From positions 1,248,001 through 1,312,000 of the forward strand of contig OZ243956.1 in assembly GCA_965214405.1 (NCBI GenBank): a stretch of DNA of 64,000 nt, read 5' to 3'. Source of the DNA: Trueperaceae bacterium (lineage in GTDB: Bacteria > Deinococcota > Deinococci > Deinococcales > Trueperaceae). A program made the translations under genes and the position numbers. Shown one piece after another: positions 56,122 to 64,000 of the stretch. The notes beneath the pieces were generated by a model that was not told the origin of the DNA, did no database searches, and saw nothing but the letters and a program-made list of their open reading frames with translations. The stretch's first letter is position 1, and every line of letters begins with the position of its first letter.

Positions 56122-57309
56122 TTAACCCGCGCGCACTCTCAACACCCGGTCGAGGATCACTTCAGCCAATGCGCGCTTGCTCATGAGCGGCAACGGCTCG
56201 GCGTCGCCGTCCGGACGCACCAGCGTCACCTCGTTGCTGTCGCCGCCAAAGGCGGTCCCCTCGCGGGTGGGGTAGTTGAGCACGATGAAGTCGAGATTTT
56301 TGCGTTTTGCCTTGTCCGCCGCCCGTTCCACACCCCTATGCGTCTCCATTGCGAAGCCGACGAAGATGCTCGAGCCCTTGCGCGACGCGAGGGTTTCCAA
56401 GATATCGGGGGTGCGGACGAGTTCCAAAGTTTGCCTCTCCCCCATCTTGGCCTGTTTTTCGCGTGCAGGTTCTCCTGCGCGCCAGTCGGCCACGGCGGCG
56501 GTCATCACCAAAACGGTCGCCGCGTCAACATATTTAGAAAGCGCGTCCAACATCTCCGCCGCGCCCTCGACCCGCTCGAACGTCACGCCCGCGGGTGTTG
56601 GGAGCGCCGTGGGTCCGCTTACCAAAATCACGCGCGCGCCGCGGTCTCGAGCCGCCGCCGCGACCGCGTAACCCATTTTGCCCGACGAGGGATTGCTGAT
56701 AAAGCGCACTGGGTCTAAATATTCGCGCGTGGGACCGGCTGAGACTAATACGCGCTCATTTGAAAGGTCTTGGGGCTTGAAGAGAGACTCGAGCGCCTCC
56801 ACCACCTCTTCGGGCTCGAGCATCCGCCCGACGCCCGCCCCTTCTCCCTTGGCAGCAAGAGGACCCACCGCAGGACCGATGAAGCTGTGGCCAAACCCTC
56901 TGAGGGTTTCCACATTACGCACCACGGCGGGATGCTCCCACATCGCGCTGTTCATCGCGGGCACCCACACCACTTTAACCACCCCCGCCAGCACGAGCGC
57001 CGACACCACGTCGTCGGCCCGCCCCGTGGCCGCGCTCGCCAGCGCGTCGGCGGTCGCCGGGGCAACCACGAGCGCGTCCGCCCAACGCGCTAAGTCGATA
57101 TGACGCGCCGCGCCGTCGGGGGAGAACCAGGCGGCGCGGTCAAACACCGGCCCGCCCGCCGCCACCGCCAAAGACAGCGGGGTCACGAAATGATACGCGT
57201 TGTCCGTCGCGGCGACGCGCACCTCATGCCCGGCCTCCCGCAGACGCCTCAGCAGCGAAGGCGTCTTGAGCGCGGCCACCCCTCCCGACGCGGCGACAAC
57301 GAGGTTCAT
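56122..57309 (-). CDS. coaBC: Bifunctional phosphopantothenoylcysteine decarboxylase/synthetase
   Basis: HIDLA, APATA, PAMN..MW, AGPTREYLDPVRFISNPSSGKMG, GFAMET. Confidence 0.95.
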   Translation of the reverse strand: MNLVVAASGGVAALKTPSLLRRLREAGHEVRVAATDNAYHFVTPLSLAVAAGGPVFDRAAWFSPDGAARHIDLARWADALVVAPATADALASAATGRADDVVSALVLAGVVKVVWVPAMNSAMWEHPAVVRNVETLRGFGHSFIGPAVGPLAAKGEGAGVGRMLEPEEVVEALESLFKPQDLSNERVLVSAGPTREYLDPVRFISNPSSGKMGYAVAAAARDRGARVILVSGPTALPTPAGVTFERVEGAAEMLDALSKYVDAATVLVMTAAVADWRAGEPAREKQAKMGERQTLELVRTPDILETLASRKGSSIFVGFAMETHRGVERAADKAKRKNLDFIVLNYPTREGTAFGGDSNEVTLVRPDGDAEPLPLMSKRALAEVILDRVLRVRAG

Positions 57310-57361
57310 AAAATCACGGGTCCACAGCGTAAAGCTTTATAAAACGCCTGAAAAATCTCTC

Positions 57362-57679
57362 CTACGCGTCTTCGTCCTCATCCTCTTTGGACGGGGAGCG
57401 GGACACGCTGTACGAGGTGGGCTCCTCGCGCTTGTCGCGCTCGAGCAGCCCCCTAAGCTCCTCGGCGGACGGCAAATCGTCGCCCCAGACGATGCCCGCG
57501 CCCTCCTCGAGCTCTTTCATGGCGATGCTCACGGTGTTGCGCGTTTTGGGGTAGTCCTCGGGGGCGAGCATCGGCAAGACGCCCGCCTTGAGCTGCGCGG
57601 CCCGCCGCGCGGTAATCATCGACAGGCGGTAGCGCGACTCGGTCAGCGCCATGAGTTCGTCAAATCCTTCTTGTGCCAT
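57362..57679 (-). CDS. rpoZ: RNA polymerase omega subunit
   Basis: MAQEGFDELMAL..SRYRLSMITARRAAQL..VSIAMKEL; gmk-rpoZ-coaBC order. Confidence 0.92.
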   Translation of the reverse strand: MAQEGFDELMALTESRYRLSMITARRAAQLKAGVLPMLAPEDYPKTRNTVSIAMKELEEGAGIVWGDDLPSAEELRGLLERDKREEPTSYSVSRSPSKEDEDEDA

Positions 57680-57832
57680 GAGGTCTCCTAAAGTTGATTT
57701 TGCTGATGCTTGTAAAGTTGGCCTTCTCGGAAGAACCTTCTCGAACAAAACGGTCTGCATGTTCAGCAGATGATGTTGCGAGGGTTGAGCCGTAAACAGC
57801 GGGATTCACGTGGGATTCTGAAGAGAAAGCGG

Positions 57833-58447
57833 CTAAAGCTCCTTCAAAAACGCGGACACATCCTTGGGTCCTAACTGACGCGTGCGCGCCCGCTCTGCAT
57901 AGATGATACTGCAAAAGTCGCGTAAGGCTGTCGTCAACATGTCATTCACCACGACGTAGTCAAACTCTTTTATCGCCCGAATCTCCTCACGCGCGCGCGC
58001 GAGGCGCTTTTGGATGCGCTCCTCGGAGTCGGTGCCGCGCCCGCGCAAGCGCCTTTCTAGCTCGACTAAGCTGGGCGGCGCGATAAAAATCATGACCGCC
58101 TCGGGGAGCCGCCGTTTCACTTCGCGCGCGCCCACGAGCTCGAGCTCCAAGAGCACGTCTTGACCCCCCGCCAAAGCCTCGGTCACCGGACCCGCCGGGG
58201 TGCCGTAGTAGTCGCCCACGTATTCGGCGTACTCGAGCAGCGCCTGAGTCTCGATCATCGTCTCGAAGGCGTTCTTTTCGTGAAAGAAATACTGCTTGCC
58301 GTGCGTTTCGCCGGGCCGCCGCAGCCGCGTGGTCGCGGAAATCGAGTAGAACAGGTTGTCGATGTCGGGCAGCGCCGCCTGCCGGATGGTGTCTTTGCCC
58401 ACCCCGGACGCGCCCGTCATGACAAAAAGGATGCCGCGCCGACTCAT
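57833..58447 (-). CDS. gmk: Guanylate kinase
   Basis: TGASGVGK, SISATTR..RPGE, YYGTP, RLRGRGTD. Confidence 0.96.
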   Translation of the reverse strand: MSRRGILFVMTGASGVGKDTIRQAALPDIDNLFYSISATTRLRRPGETHGKQYFFHEKNAFETMIETQALLEYAEYVGDYYGTPAGPVTEALAGGQDVLLELELVGAREVKRRLPEAVMIFIAPPSLVELERRLRGRGTDSEERIQKRLARAREEIRAIKEFDYVVVNDMLTTALRDFCSIIYAERARTRQLGPKDVSAFLKEL

Positions 58448-58838
58448 CGCTGACCCATCAGAAGAGCTTACTCACATTCATATTCGCACATATTCATATT
58501 CATTAAGGTTTAGAAAACACACGAAAGAAAGAACCCCGGTGGAAAAGCCATAAAGGAATGTAACACAGTCGCTGTGCGAAGAAAAAGGGGGCGGTCGGAG
58601 AGGCTGGCAAACTCGACGCGGAACCACGGTGAGTTTGGCGGCTCGAGCGTTCGTGAGAGCCGTTGAGCGGAAGGTGTTCTAAGTTGTGTGTTTGAGCACG
58701 TGTCTTTGCGTCGGTGACGAAGTCCGTGCGGAGTCACACACAACGAGTGGTACACCGCCTCGAGCGTGACGAACACGCGTGTTCGCTCCGTCGGCCCCGC
58801 AGAACCCCCGGCTGCGCGCGCCTGTTACACTCTTCTTT

Positions 58839-60134
58839 ATGCACTCGATTCACGACCTACCCAACCACCTTGGCGAAACCGTGCGCGTCGCAGGCTGGCT
58901 CACGGGCCTGCGCTCCTCGGGGAAGATCGCTTTTTTACAGCTCCGCGACGGCACGGGCTTTGTGCAGGGCGTCATCGCCAAGGCGGACGTGGCCGAAGAG
59001 ATTTTTGAGCGCGCCAGACGGCTGGGCCAAGAAACGAGCCTTGTGGTAACGGGCGAAGTCCGCAAAGACGAGCGGGCACCAAGCGGCGTCGAACTCGGCG
59101 TAACGGACGTAGACATCATCGCGCCCCCCGCCGAAGAGTATCCCATCACCCCCAAAGAGCACGGGGTGGACTTTTTGATGGAGCGGCGGCACCTCTACCT
59201 GCGCCACAAAACCCCCTGGGCCATCCTGCGCGTCCGGGATGAGTTGGAGCGCGCCGTCGCCGACTTTTTCGCCGAACGCGGTTTCGTCCGCTTCGACGCG
59301 CCCTTTTTTATGCCCACCGCGGTGGAGGGCACAACCAACCTGTTTGAAATCAACCTATTTGGCGAGGACAAGGCTTATCTGTCCCAGTCGGGCCAGCTCT
59401 ACGCGGAGGCGGGCGCGCTCGCCCTGGGCAAGGTCTACACCTTTGGCCCCACCTTTCGGGCGGAGAGGTCCAAAACGCGTAAGCACTTGCTTGAATTCTG
59501 GATGATCGAGCCCGAGGAGGCTTTTTTGGAGCACGAGGGCAACATGGCGCTGCAAGAGGCGCTTCTGTCTTACCTCGTCGGGCGGGTATTGGAGACGCGG
59601 CGACCAGAGCTCGAGATGCTAGAGCGCGACGTGAGCAGGCTCGAGCCCACCGCCAACGGCGACTTCCCGCGGCTATCCTATGATGAGGCGCTAAAACTAC
59701 TCGCAGAAAAAGGTGAGCCGCTCGAGTGGGGCGACGACTTCGGCGCGCCGCACGAGACGATTTTGGGCGACGCCTTTGACCGCCCCGTCATCGTCCACGC
59801 TTGGCCCACCCAAACCAAAGCCTTTTACATGCAGCCTTTTGACGACGACCCCACCCGCGTCAAGTGCGACGACGTCATCGCGCCCGAGGGCTACGGCGAA
59901 CTCATCGGCGGCTCTCAGCGCATTCATGATTATGAACTCTTGAAACGCCGCATCGAAGAACACAACCTGCCTTTAGACGCTTTCTCCTGGTACCTAGACC
60001 TGCGCCGCTACGGGAGCGTGCCGCACTCGGGCTTTGGGATGGGGCTCGAGCGCACGCTAGCCTGGATTACAGGCGTCAACCACCTGCGCGAGGTGATTCC
60101 TTTTCCGAGGATGCTGACGCGGATGTATCCTTGA
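58839..60134 (+). CDS. asnS: Asparagine-tRNA ligase (probably leaderless)
   Basis: [60 protein letters not shown] 7 nt before ATG. Confidence 0.95.
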   Translation: MHSIHDLPNHLGETVRVAGWLTGLRSSGKIAFLQLRDGTGFVQGVIAKADVAEEIFERARRLGQETSLVVTGEVRKDERAPSGVELGVTDVDIIAPPAEEYPITPKEHGVDFLMERRHLYLRHKTPWAILRVRDELERAVADFFAERGFVRFDAPFFMPTAVEGTTNLFEINLFGEDKAYLSQSGQLYAEAGALALGKVYTFGPTFRAERSKTRKHLLEFWMIEPEEAFLEHEGNMALQEALLSYLVGRVLETRRPELEMLERDVSRLEPTANGDFPRLSYDEALKLLAEKGEPLEWGDDFGAPHETILGDAFDRPVIVHAWPTQTKAFYMQPFDDDPTRVKCDDVIAPEGYGELIGGSQRIHDYELLKRRIEEHNLPLDAFSWYLDLRRYGSVPHSGFGMGLERTLAWITGVNHLREVIPFPRMLTRMYP

Positions 60135-60198
60135 TTTTTATGATGGAAGGCTGTGGGCGCAAGAACCCACATATGTAAATGCCCTCCTGTGGCATCCC

Positions 60199-60227
60199 TT
60201 GACGTGTACGGCAAATCACCGTACAAT
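60199..60227 (+). promoter_or_regulatory. TA promoter with an autoregulatory palindrome
   Basis: TTGACG, 17 bp, TACAAT overlapped by TGTACGG-N7-CCGTACA (60205-60225). Confidence 0.8.
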
Positions 60228-60243
60228 TAGGGCAAAGGAGAGC

Positions 60244-60531
60244 ATGATGAAAGTCTCTACGAAAGAAACAAAGGATGCGCGGCTCGAGTTCCGCGTTCCC
60301 AGTGAGCTAAAATCGCTCATTGAGGACGCTGCTCGGTTGCAGGGTGTCAGCGTTTCTGATTTTCTGGCAGCCACGGCGCACCAAGAAGCGTTGAAAACGG
60401 TTCAGGAGCATGAGACAGTCAGGTTGACTCGAGAAGAAAGCGTGCGTTTTGTCGAAACCTTATTGAACCCTCCTGCCCCCAATGAGGCGCTGAGCAACCT
60501 CATGAGGGAAAAAGGCAAAGCGCGGGTTTGA
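60244..60531 (+). CDS. DUF1778 RHH antitoxin (TacA/AtaR-like)
   Basis: KDARLEFRV..K.LIE.AA..G.SVSDF..F.E.L.NPPAPN.AL. Confidence 0.9.
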   Translation: MMKVSTKETKDARLEFRVPSELKSLIEDAARLQGVSVSDFLAATAHQEALKTVQEHETVRLTREESVRFVETLLNPPAPNEALSNLMREKGKARV

Positions 60532-60535
60532 GCCT

Positions 60536-61057
60536 GTGCAAGATAGCTCTACAGACTTCACCGTCTCGCTGCTCGACACGAAGAAACACGACCGGGCAGC
60601 CTTTTCTTGTGGTGAGCCGTCATTAGACACCTATCTGCAACGTCAAGCCTCGCAAGACGTTAAACGCCGCGCGGCTGTCGTGTACGCGCTGACGCAACCT
60701 GGAGAAGGCCGCGTCTTGGGCTACTACACACTATCCGCGGCCAGTGTAAGACTAACGGACTTGTCCGAAGAGACGCAGAAGAAGCTCGCCCGCTACCCAA
60801 ACGTAGCCGCGAGCCTCATCGGGCGGTTAGCGGTTGATGAGAGCTACAAAGGTCGAGGCTGGGGAGCGCAACTTCTCCGGCACGCTCTCCTACGCACTTT
60901 AGAGCAGAGCCGGGAATTGGCTATCGCTGTGGTCATCGTGGACGCTCTAAACGATGATGCAAGAGAGTTCTACGAACGCTATGGCTTTAGGCTCATGACA
61001 AGTCAAAGCAACAGGCTTTACATACCGGTGGAGACGATAAAGAAGTCGCTGGGTTAG
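60536..61057 (+). CDS. GNAT acetyltransferase toxin (TacT/AtaT-like)
   Basis: HDRAAFSCGEPSLD.YL, GYYTL, IGRLAVD..YKGRGWG, VDA..A..FY..YGF. Confidence 0.9.
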   Translation: MQDSSTDFTVSLLDTKKHDRAAFSCGEPSLDTYLQRQASQDVKRRAAVVYALTQPGEGRVLGYYTLSAASVRLTDLSEETQKKLARYPNVAASLIGRLAVDESYKGRGWGAQLLRHALLRTLEQSRELAIAVVIVDALNDDAREFYERYGFRLMTSQSNRLYIPVETIKKSLG

Positions 61058-61098
61058 TCGTACCAGAAGTGTGTCAAAACGACCAGGTAAAGTCTCAC

Positions 61099-62166
61099 TT
61101 ATCTCTGAGGCAGCACCTCAACCTCAAACGTACTAATTAGCACCTCCACCCCCGCTTCCAAAAGCAGCTTATCGGCGCGCGGCTCCACCCCCCAGGGCAC
61201 CCCCCGCAGCCAGGTAAAGGTCCACACCTTGTGCCCTAGCTCCTTCTCGAGCCTCGACAACGCCCCCACGCTCTCCTCGCGCAGCACCACGTCCGAAGTG
61301 TCCGGGCGCGGCTCGGCGTGGGTCATCGTGTGGCAGGCGACGCTGTGGCCCCTCTTCTCGAGGTCGCGCACCTCGTCCCAGCTCATCGCCACGCGCTCAT
61401 GGGGTCCGTATTCGCCCTCGGCCAGGGCGATGTGACGCGCGGCGGCAAAGGCGCGCTGCTCGGAAGCGGGCGCGTCGATAAAGCCGGGGATGAGAAAGAA
61501 CATCCCGCGCAAACCCGCTTTTTCTAGCAGCGACGCGGCCACGTCGTAACCTTCGCGGGTGCCCTCAAAAAAGGCGAGCAGCACGGGCGGGCGCGTGCCC
61601 CGCCAAGGTTCACCCGCAGCGAGCCCACACAGCTCTTTTTCAGTCACGCTTCTAAAACGCTTCCCCACGGCGCGCAACCGCCTTTCGTAACGCGCGGCGT
61701 CGGCTCGAGGGGTAATGTGAAAGTTGAGCGCGCGCAGATAGCGGCCCCGGCGCAGGGCCTGCGTGAGCGCTCCCAACTCTTTGTCCAACGCGCTTTCCAA
61801 GCGTAGCGGCGGCCAGCCGTCGCCACTGGCGGCTGGGTCGGGGGTGTCGCGCAAGGGCGGGGCCTCTTCATAGGGCTCGGGCGTGAACAAATCGGCGGCC
61901 ACCACCTCGAGCGCCCCCCGCAACGCCCGCACCGGGTCATGTTCCTCACCCCTCAAGAGCCTCGCCGCCACCCGCTCAGTTGCGTCGGCGAGGGCGCAGC
62001 CGTAGGGGTCTTCGGGTGGGGAGGGTTCACGGTTAGACCTGAGATTAGAGAGCGTCAGCAACATCTCGATACCCTCGCGGTGGTAGTCGCGGCGCGTAAG
62101 AGTCGCCGCCCGCTCGAGCGCCGCCGCAACGAGCGCGTCTATCGTCTCTTTAGCAGGCGGCGTCAC
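61099..62166 (-). CDS. NodB/polysaccharide-deacetylase-like protein with an extra N-terminal domain
   Basis: GMFFLIPGFI, MSWDEVRDL..GH.VACHTMTH, LEKELG; motif 1 reads AFFEG instead of TFDDG. Confidence 0.75.
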   Translation of the reverse strand: MTPPAKETIDALVAAALERAATLTRRDYHREGIEMLLTLSNLRSNREPSPPEDPYGCALADATERVAARLLRGEEHDPVRALRGALEVVAADLFTPEPYEEAPPLRDTPDPAASGDGWPPLRLESALDKELGALTQALRRGRYLRALNFHITPRADAARYERRLRAVGKRFRSVTEKELCGLAAGEPWRGTRPPVLLAFFEGTREGYDVAASLLEKAGLRGMFFLIPGFIDAPASEQRAFAAARHIALAEGEYGPHERVAMSWDEVRDLEKRGHSVACHTMTHAEPRPDTSDVVLREESVGALSRLEKELGHKVWTFTWLRGVPWGVEPRADKLLLEAGVEVLISTFEVEVLPQR

Positions 62167-63668
62167 GCTCGAGCTTGGTCCTGCTTGTGGTACTGGGCTG
62201 CGTGGCTCGAGGGCTCGCGGTAGAGCGGGTAGAGGGGAGAAACGAGGCGCTCGAGGCCCAAAAGGTCAAACCAACCAGGCCCACCCAAGGCTTCTTCGTC
62301 CTCCTCATGCAGATGCACCCGCGCTGCGCCGGGGGGCGGCGTCCCGACGCCGACGAGCGGGCTCCCCTGTTCCAAGAGCCGCCGCAGATTACGTATCCCG
62401 ATGCGACCGTACGAGGCGGTTTCAACTTCCAGACCGGGCACGACGGCTTTAACCGTGACGACGCCCTGGTCACGCGCCCTCTCGCTTTGCGTCTCTAAGT
62501 AGAGAATCTGCAACCCTTTTAAGCGCTCCCCAAGCAGCGCCAGCGTCTCCTCGGGTGTGGACACGCGCGTTTGGGGCAGGTCTTCCCAGGAAACGTGCTC
62601 GCTCACCCTCCACACGGACCCCAATTTTTCGCGTAACTCCGCGTGACTCAGCTCGAGCCAGCCCAGCATCGCGGCGAGCGCCCGCGGCTCCTCGCCGCCG
62701 GGCGGGAAGTGACGGCGGTGCGCGTCCAGATACCCCGGCGTCGCCACCTCGGCCACGCGGTCTAAGGGACCTTGGTCAAAGGCCAAACGTGTCCGCGACG
62801 AGGTGTACTCGAGGAGCGCCTTACGAAAAGCCGTATCGCGGTCGGGATGGCAGGCCTCGCCGTTCGCCGCTTCGGCGATGGCGGGGGCAAAATCGTGACG
62901 GGCGGGGCCGTGAACGTACACGTTGGTGAGGCCAAAGTCGGTGGCGGCGAGTTTGAGGGTGGGCTCGAGCCCGCCCGCCCGCACGCGGCTCAGCAGGTCG
63001 GCTAAGTCGTCCGGCAACCCGCCCACATCCACCGCCACGCCCCGGTCAAAGGCGCGGTAGCGAACCGAGTTGCCGTCGCGCTGCCCAATTTCTAGCACGG
63101 CGTGAGAGAGGGCGCGCGCTAGCGAAAAGCCAGCGCCCAAGCCGTTGGACACGGGTAAGAAAAGTGGGTTATAGCCTTTGGGGAGTTCGGAGGCGCTCGA
63201 GGCCGCCGCCGCTAACGGCACGAACCGCTCCGCCCCGCTCGGCCATTCACGCATCCGCACCCAGCGCAGCGCCCGCTGAGGCGTGTAGTCACTCCCAGCG
63301 GGCAGGCCCAGCCGCACAGGGTCCACCACTGCCTCGTCGCCATAGGTGTTGACGAGGTCGTGATGAGTAGCTTCTTCTTGTGAAAAGGTTGGGAACGTCA
63401 GACGGCTTTGCAGCTTCTCGTGCTGCTCGCCCAGCGCGCCAATCTCAGCTTGCAATTCGCTTTCACCGTAGCCGTGCCCGCCGTCGGGAAAACCCGGCAT
63501 CTGCGTGACCGACCACGAGGGCAAACCCGTTTTGTCGAGAGCGGTCACCGCAAAATTCCACAGCTCACCCTCGGGCAGTGCGGCGCGGTAGCGGTCCCTC
63601 ACCTCTTCCAAGCTCGGCTCTACTTGTAACGTGCTTTCTGTCACCCCTCGTGTTATTTCCCGTGTCAT
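62163..63668 (-). CDS. YcaO-family protein
   Basis: T.LD.TG.P, GYG..A..GALGE.HE, SNGLGAG..A..HAVLE..QRD, GEACHPD..AFRKALLE, VKAVVPGLE; ATG overlaps the permease TGA. Confidence 0.85.
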   Translation of the reverse strand: MTREITRGVTESTLQVEPSLEEVRDRYRAALPEGELWNFAVTALDKTGLPSWSVTQMPGFPDGGHGYGESELQAEIGALGEQHEKLQSRLTFPTFSQEEATHHDLVNTYGDEAVVDPVRLGLPAGSDYTPQRALRWVRMREWPSGAERFVPLAAAASSASELPKGYNPLFLPVSNGLGAGFSLARALSHAVLEIGQRDGNSVRYRAFDRGVAVDVGGLPDDLADLLSRVRAGGLEPTLKLAATDFGLTNVYVHGPARHDFAPAIAEAANGEACHPDRDTAFRKALLEYTSSRTRLAFDQGPLDRVAEVATPGYLDAHRRHFPPGGEEPRALAAMLGWLELSHAELREKLGSVWRVSEHVSWEDLPQTRVSTPEETLALLGERLKGLQILYLETQSERARDQGVVTVKAVVPGLEVETASYGRIGIRNLRRLLEQGSPLVGVGTPPPGAARVHLHEEDEEALGGPGWFDLLGLERLVSPLYPLYREPSSHAAQYHKQDQARA

Positions 63669-64000
63669 CCTTTGATCCCCGACATGGCGAGCCCCTTGAC
63701 GTAGTAGCGTTGCAACATCAAAAAGAGCACCGCGATGGGCACGGTGCTGACCGCCAGGGCCGCTTGCTGCAAAGACTCGTCTTCGATGTTGCCGAAAGCC
63801 CCGCGCAGGAGGTAAATCCCGACGGGCAAGGTTTCTAAGTTCGGCGCGGAGCGGGTGATGGTCAGCGTCCAGATAAACTCGTTCCACTGGTAGACGAACA
63901 CAAAAATACCGAGCGTCGCCAGCGCGGGTTTAACGAGCGGCAGCACGATCTGCGCGAAGATGCGAAACTCGGAGCAGCCGTCGATGCGGGCGGCCTCGAG
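63665..64000 (-). CDS. Carbohydrate ABC transporter permease (MalG-like), 3' part
   Basis: LEAARIDG (EAA loop), LPLVKPALAT, WNEFIW, TLPVG, QRYYVKG. Confidence 0.92.
   Translation of the reverse strand, partial: LEAARIDGCSEFRIFAQIVLPLVKPALATLGIFVFVYQWNEFIWTLTITRSAPNLETLPVGIYLLRGAFGNIEDESLQQAALAVSTVPIAVLFLMLQRYYVKGLAMSGIKG

Noticed and set aside
63669..63887. N-terminal extension of the 574-aa YcaO ORF
   Set aside because: It overlaps the ABC permease in another frame; the ATG at 63668 coupled to the permease stop is the better start.

Overview
Chromosomal window (GC-rich, roughly 60-65% by eye) of a Deinococcota bacterium, most likely Trueperaceae-like, inferred from Thermus-type CsoR, ba3 oxidase and c552, a DUF4384-PEGA protein, fused SecDF and leaderless promoters. 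Bases 1 to ~10 kb are a decaying accessory island: an SF2 helicase C-terminus, an IS3 remnant, a truncated MarR, a copper module with broken copZ, csoR and multicopper oxidase but intact copA, a glutaredoxin and an HTH switch. The rest is mostly core genome: a DUF4105/Yip1/hydrolase trio, hut genes split by a complete ISKra4-like IS with a 9-bp target duplication, glmS, pheST, a CCC-family transporter, rimP-nusA-ylxR-infB, secDF, a NarL-type two-component system, a ba3-type oxidase operon, valS with a T-box, dgt-coaBC-rpoZ-gmk, asnS, a DUF1778/GNAT toxin-antitoxin pair, and at the right edge a sugar-ABC permease-YcaO-NodB-like operon. Best leads: the stand-alone YcaO in a sugar-ABC operon, a ba3 subunit II fused to cytochrome c552, a secDF upstream ORF resembling an arrest peptide, a leaderless MKRLASPFTY attenuator before pheST, an unannotated 46-aa ORF with a clamp-binding-like motif, a degenerate glmS-ribozyme-like leader and strong CTCGAG over-representation. 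All calls come from reading motifs by eye; no database searches were run.
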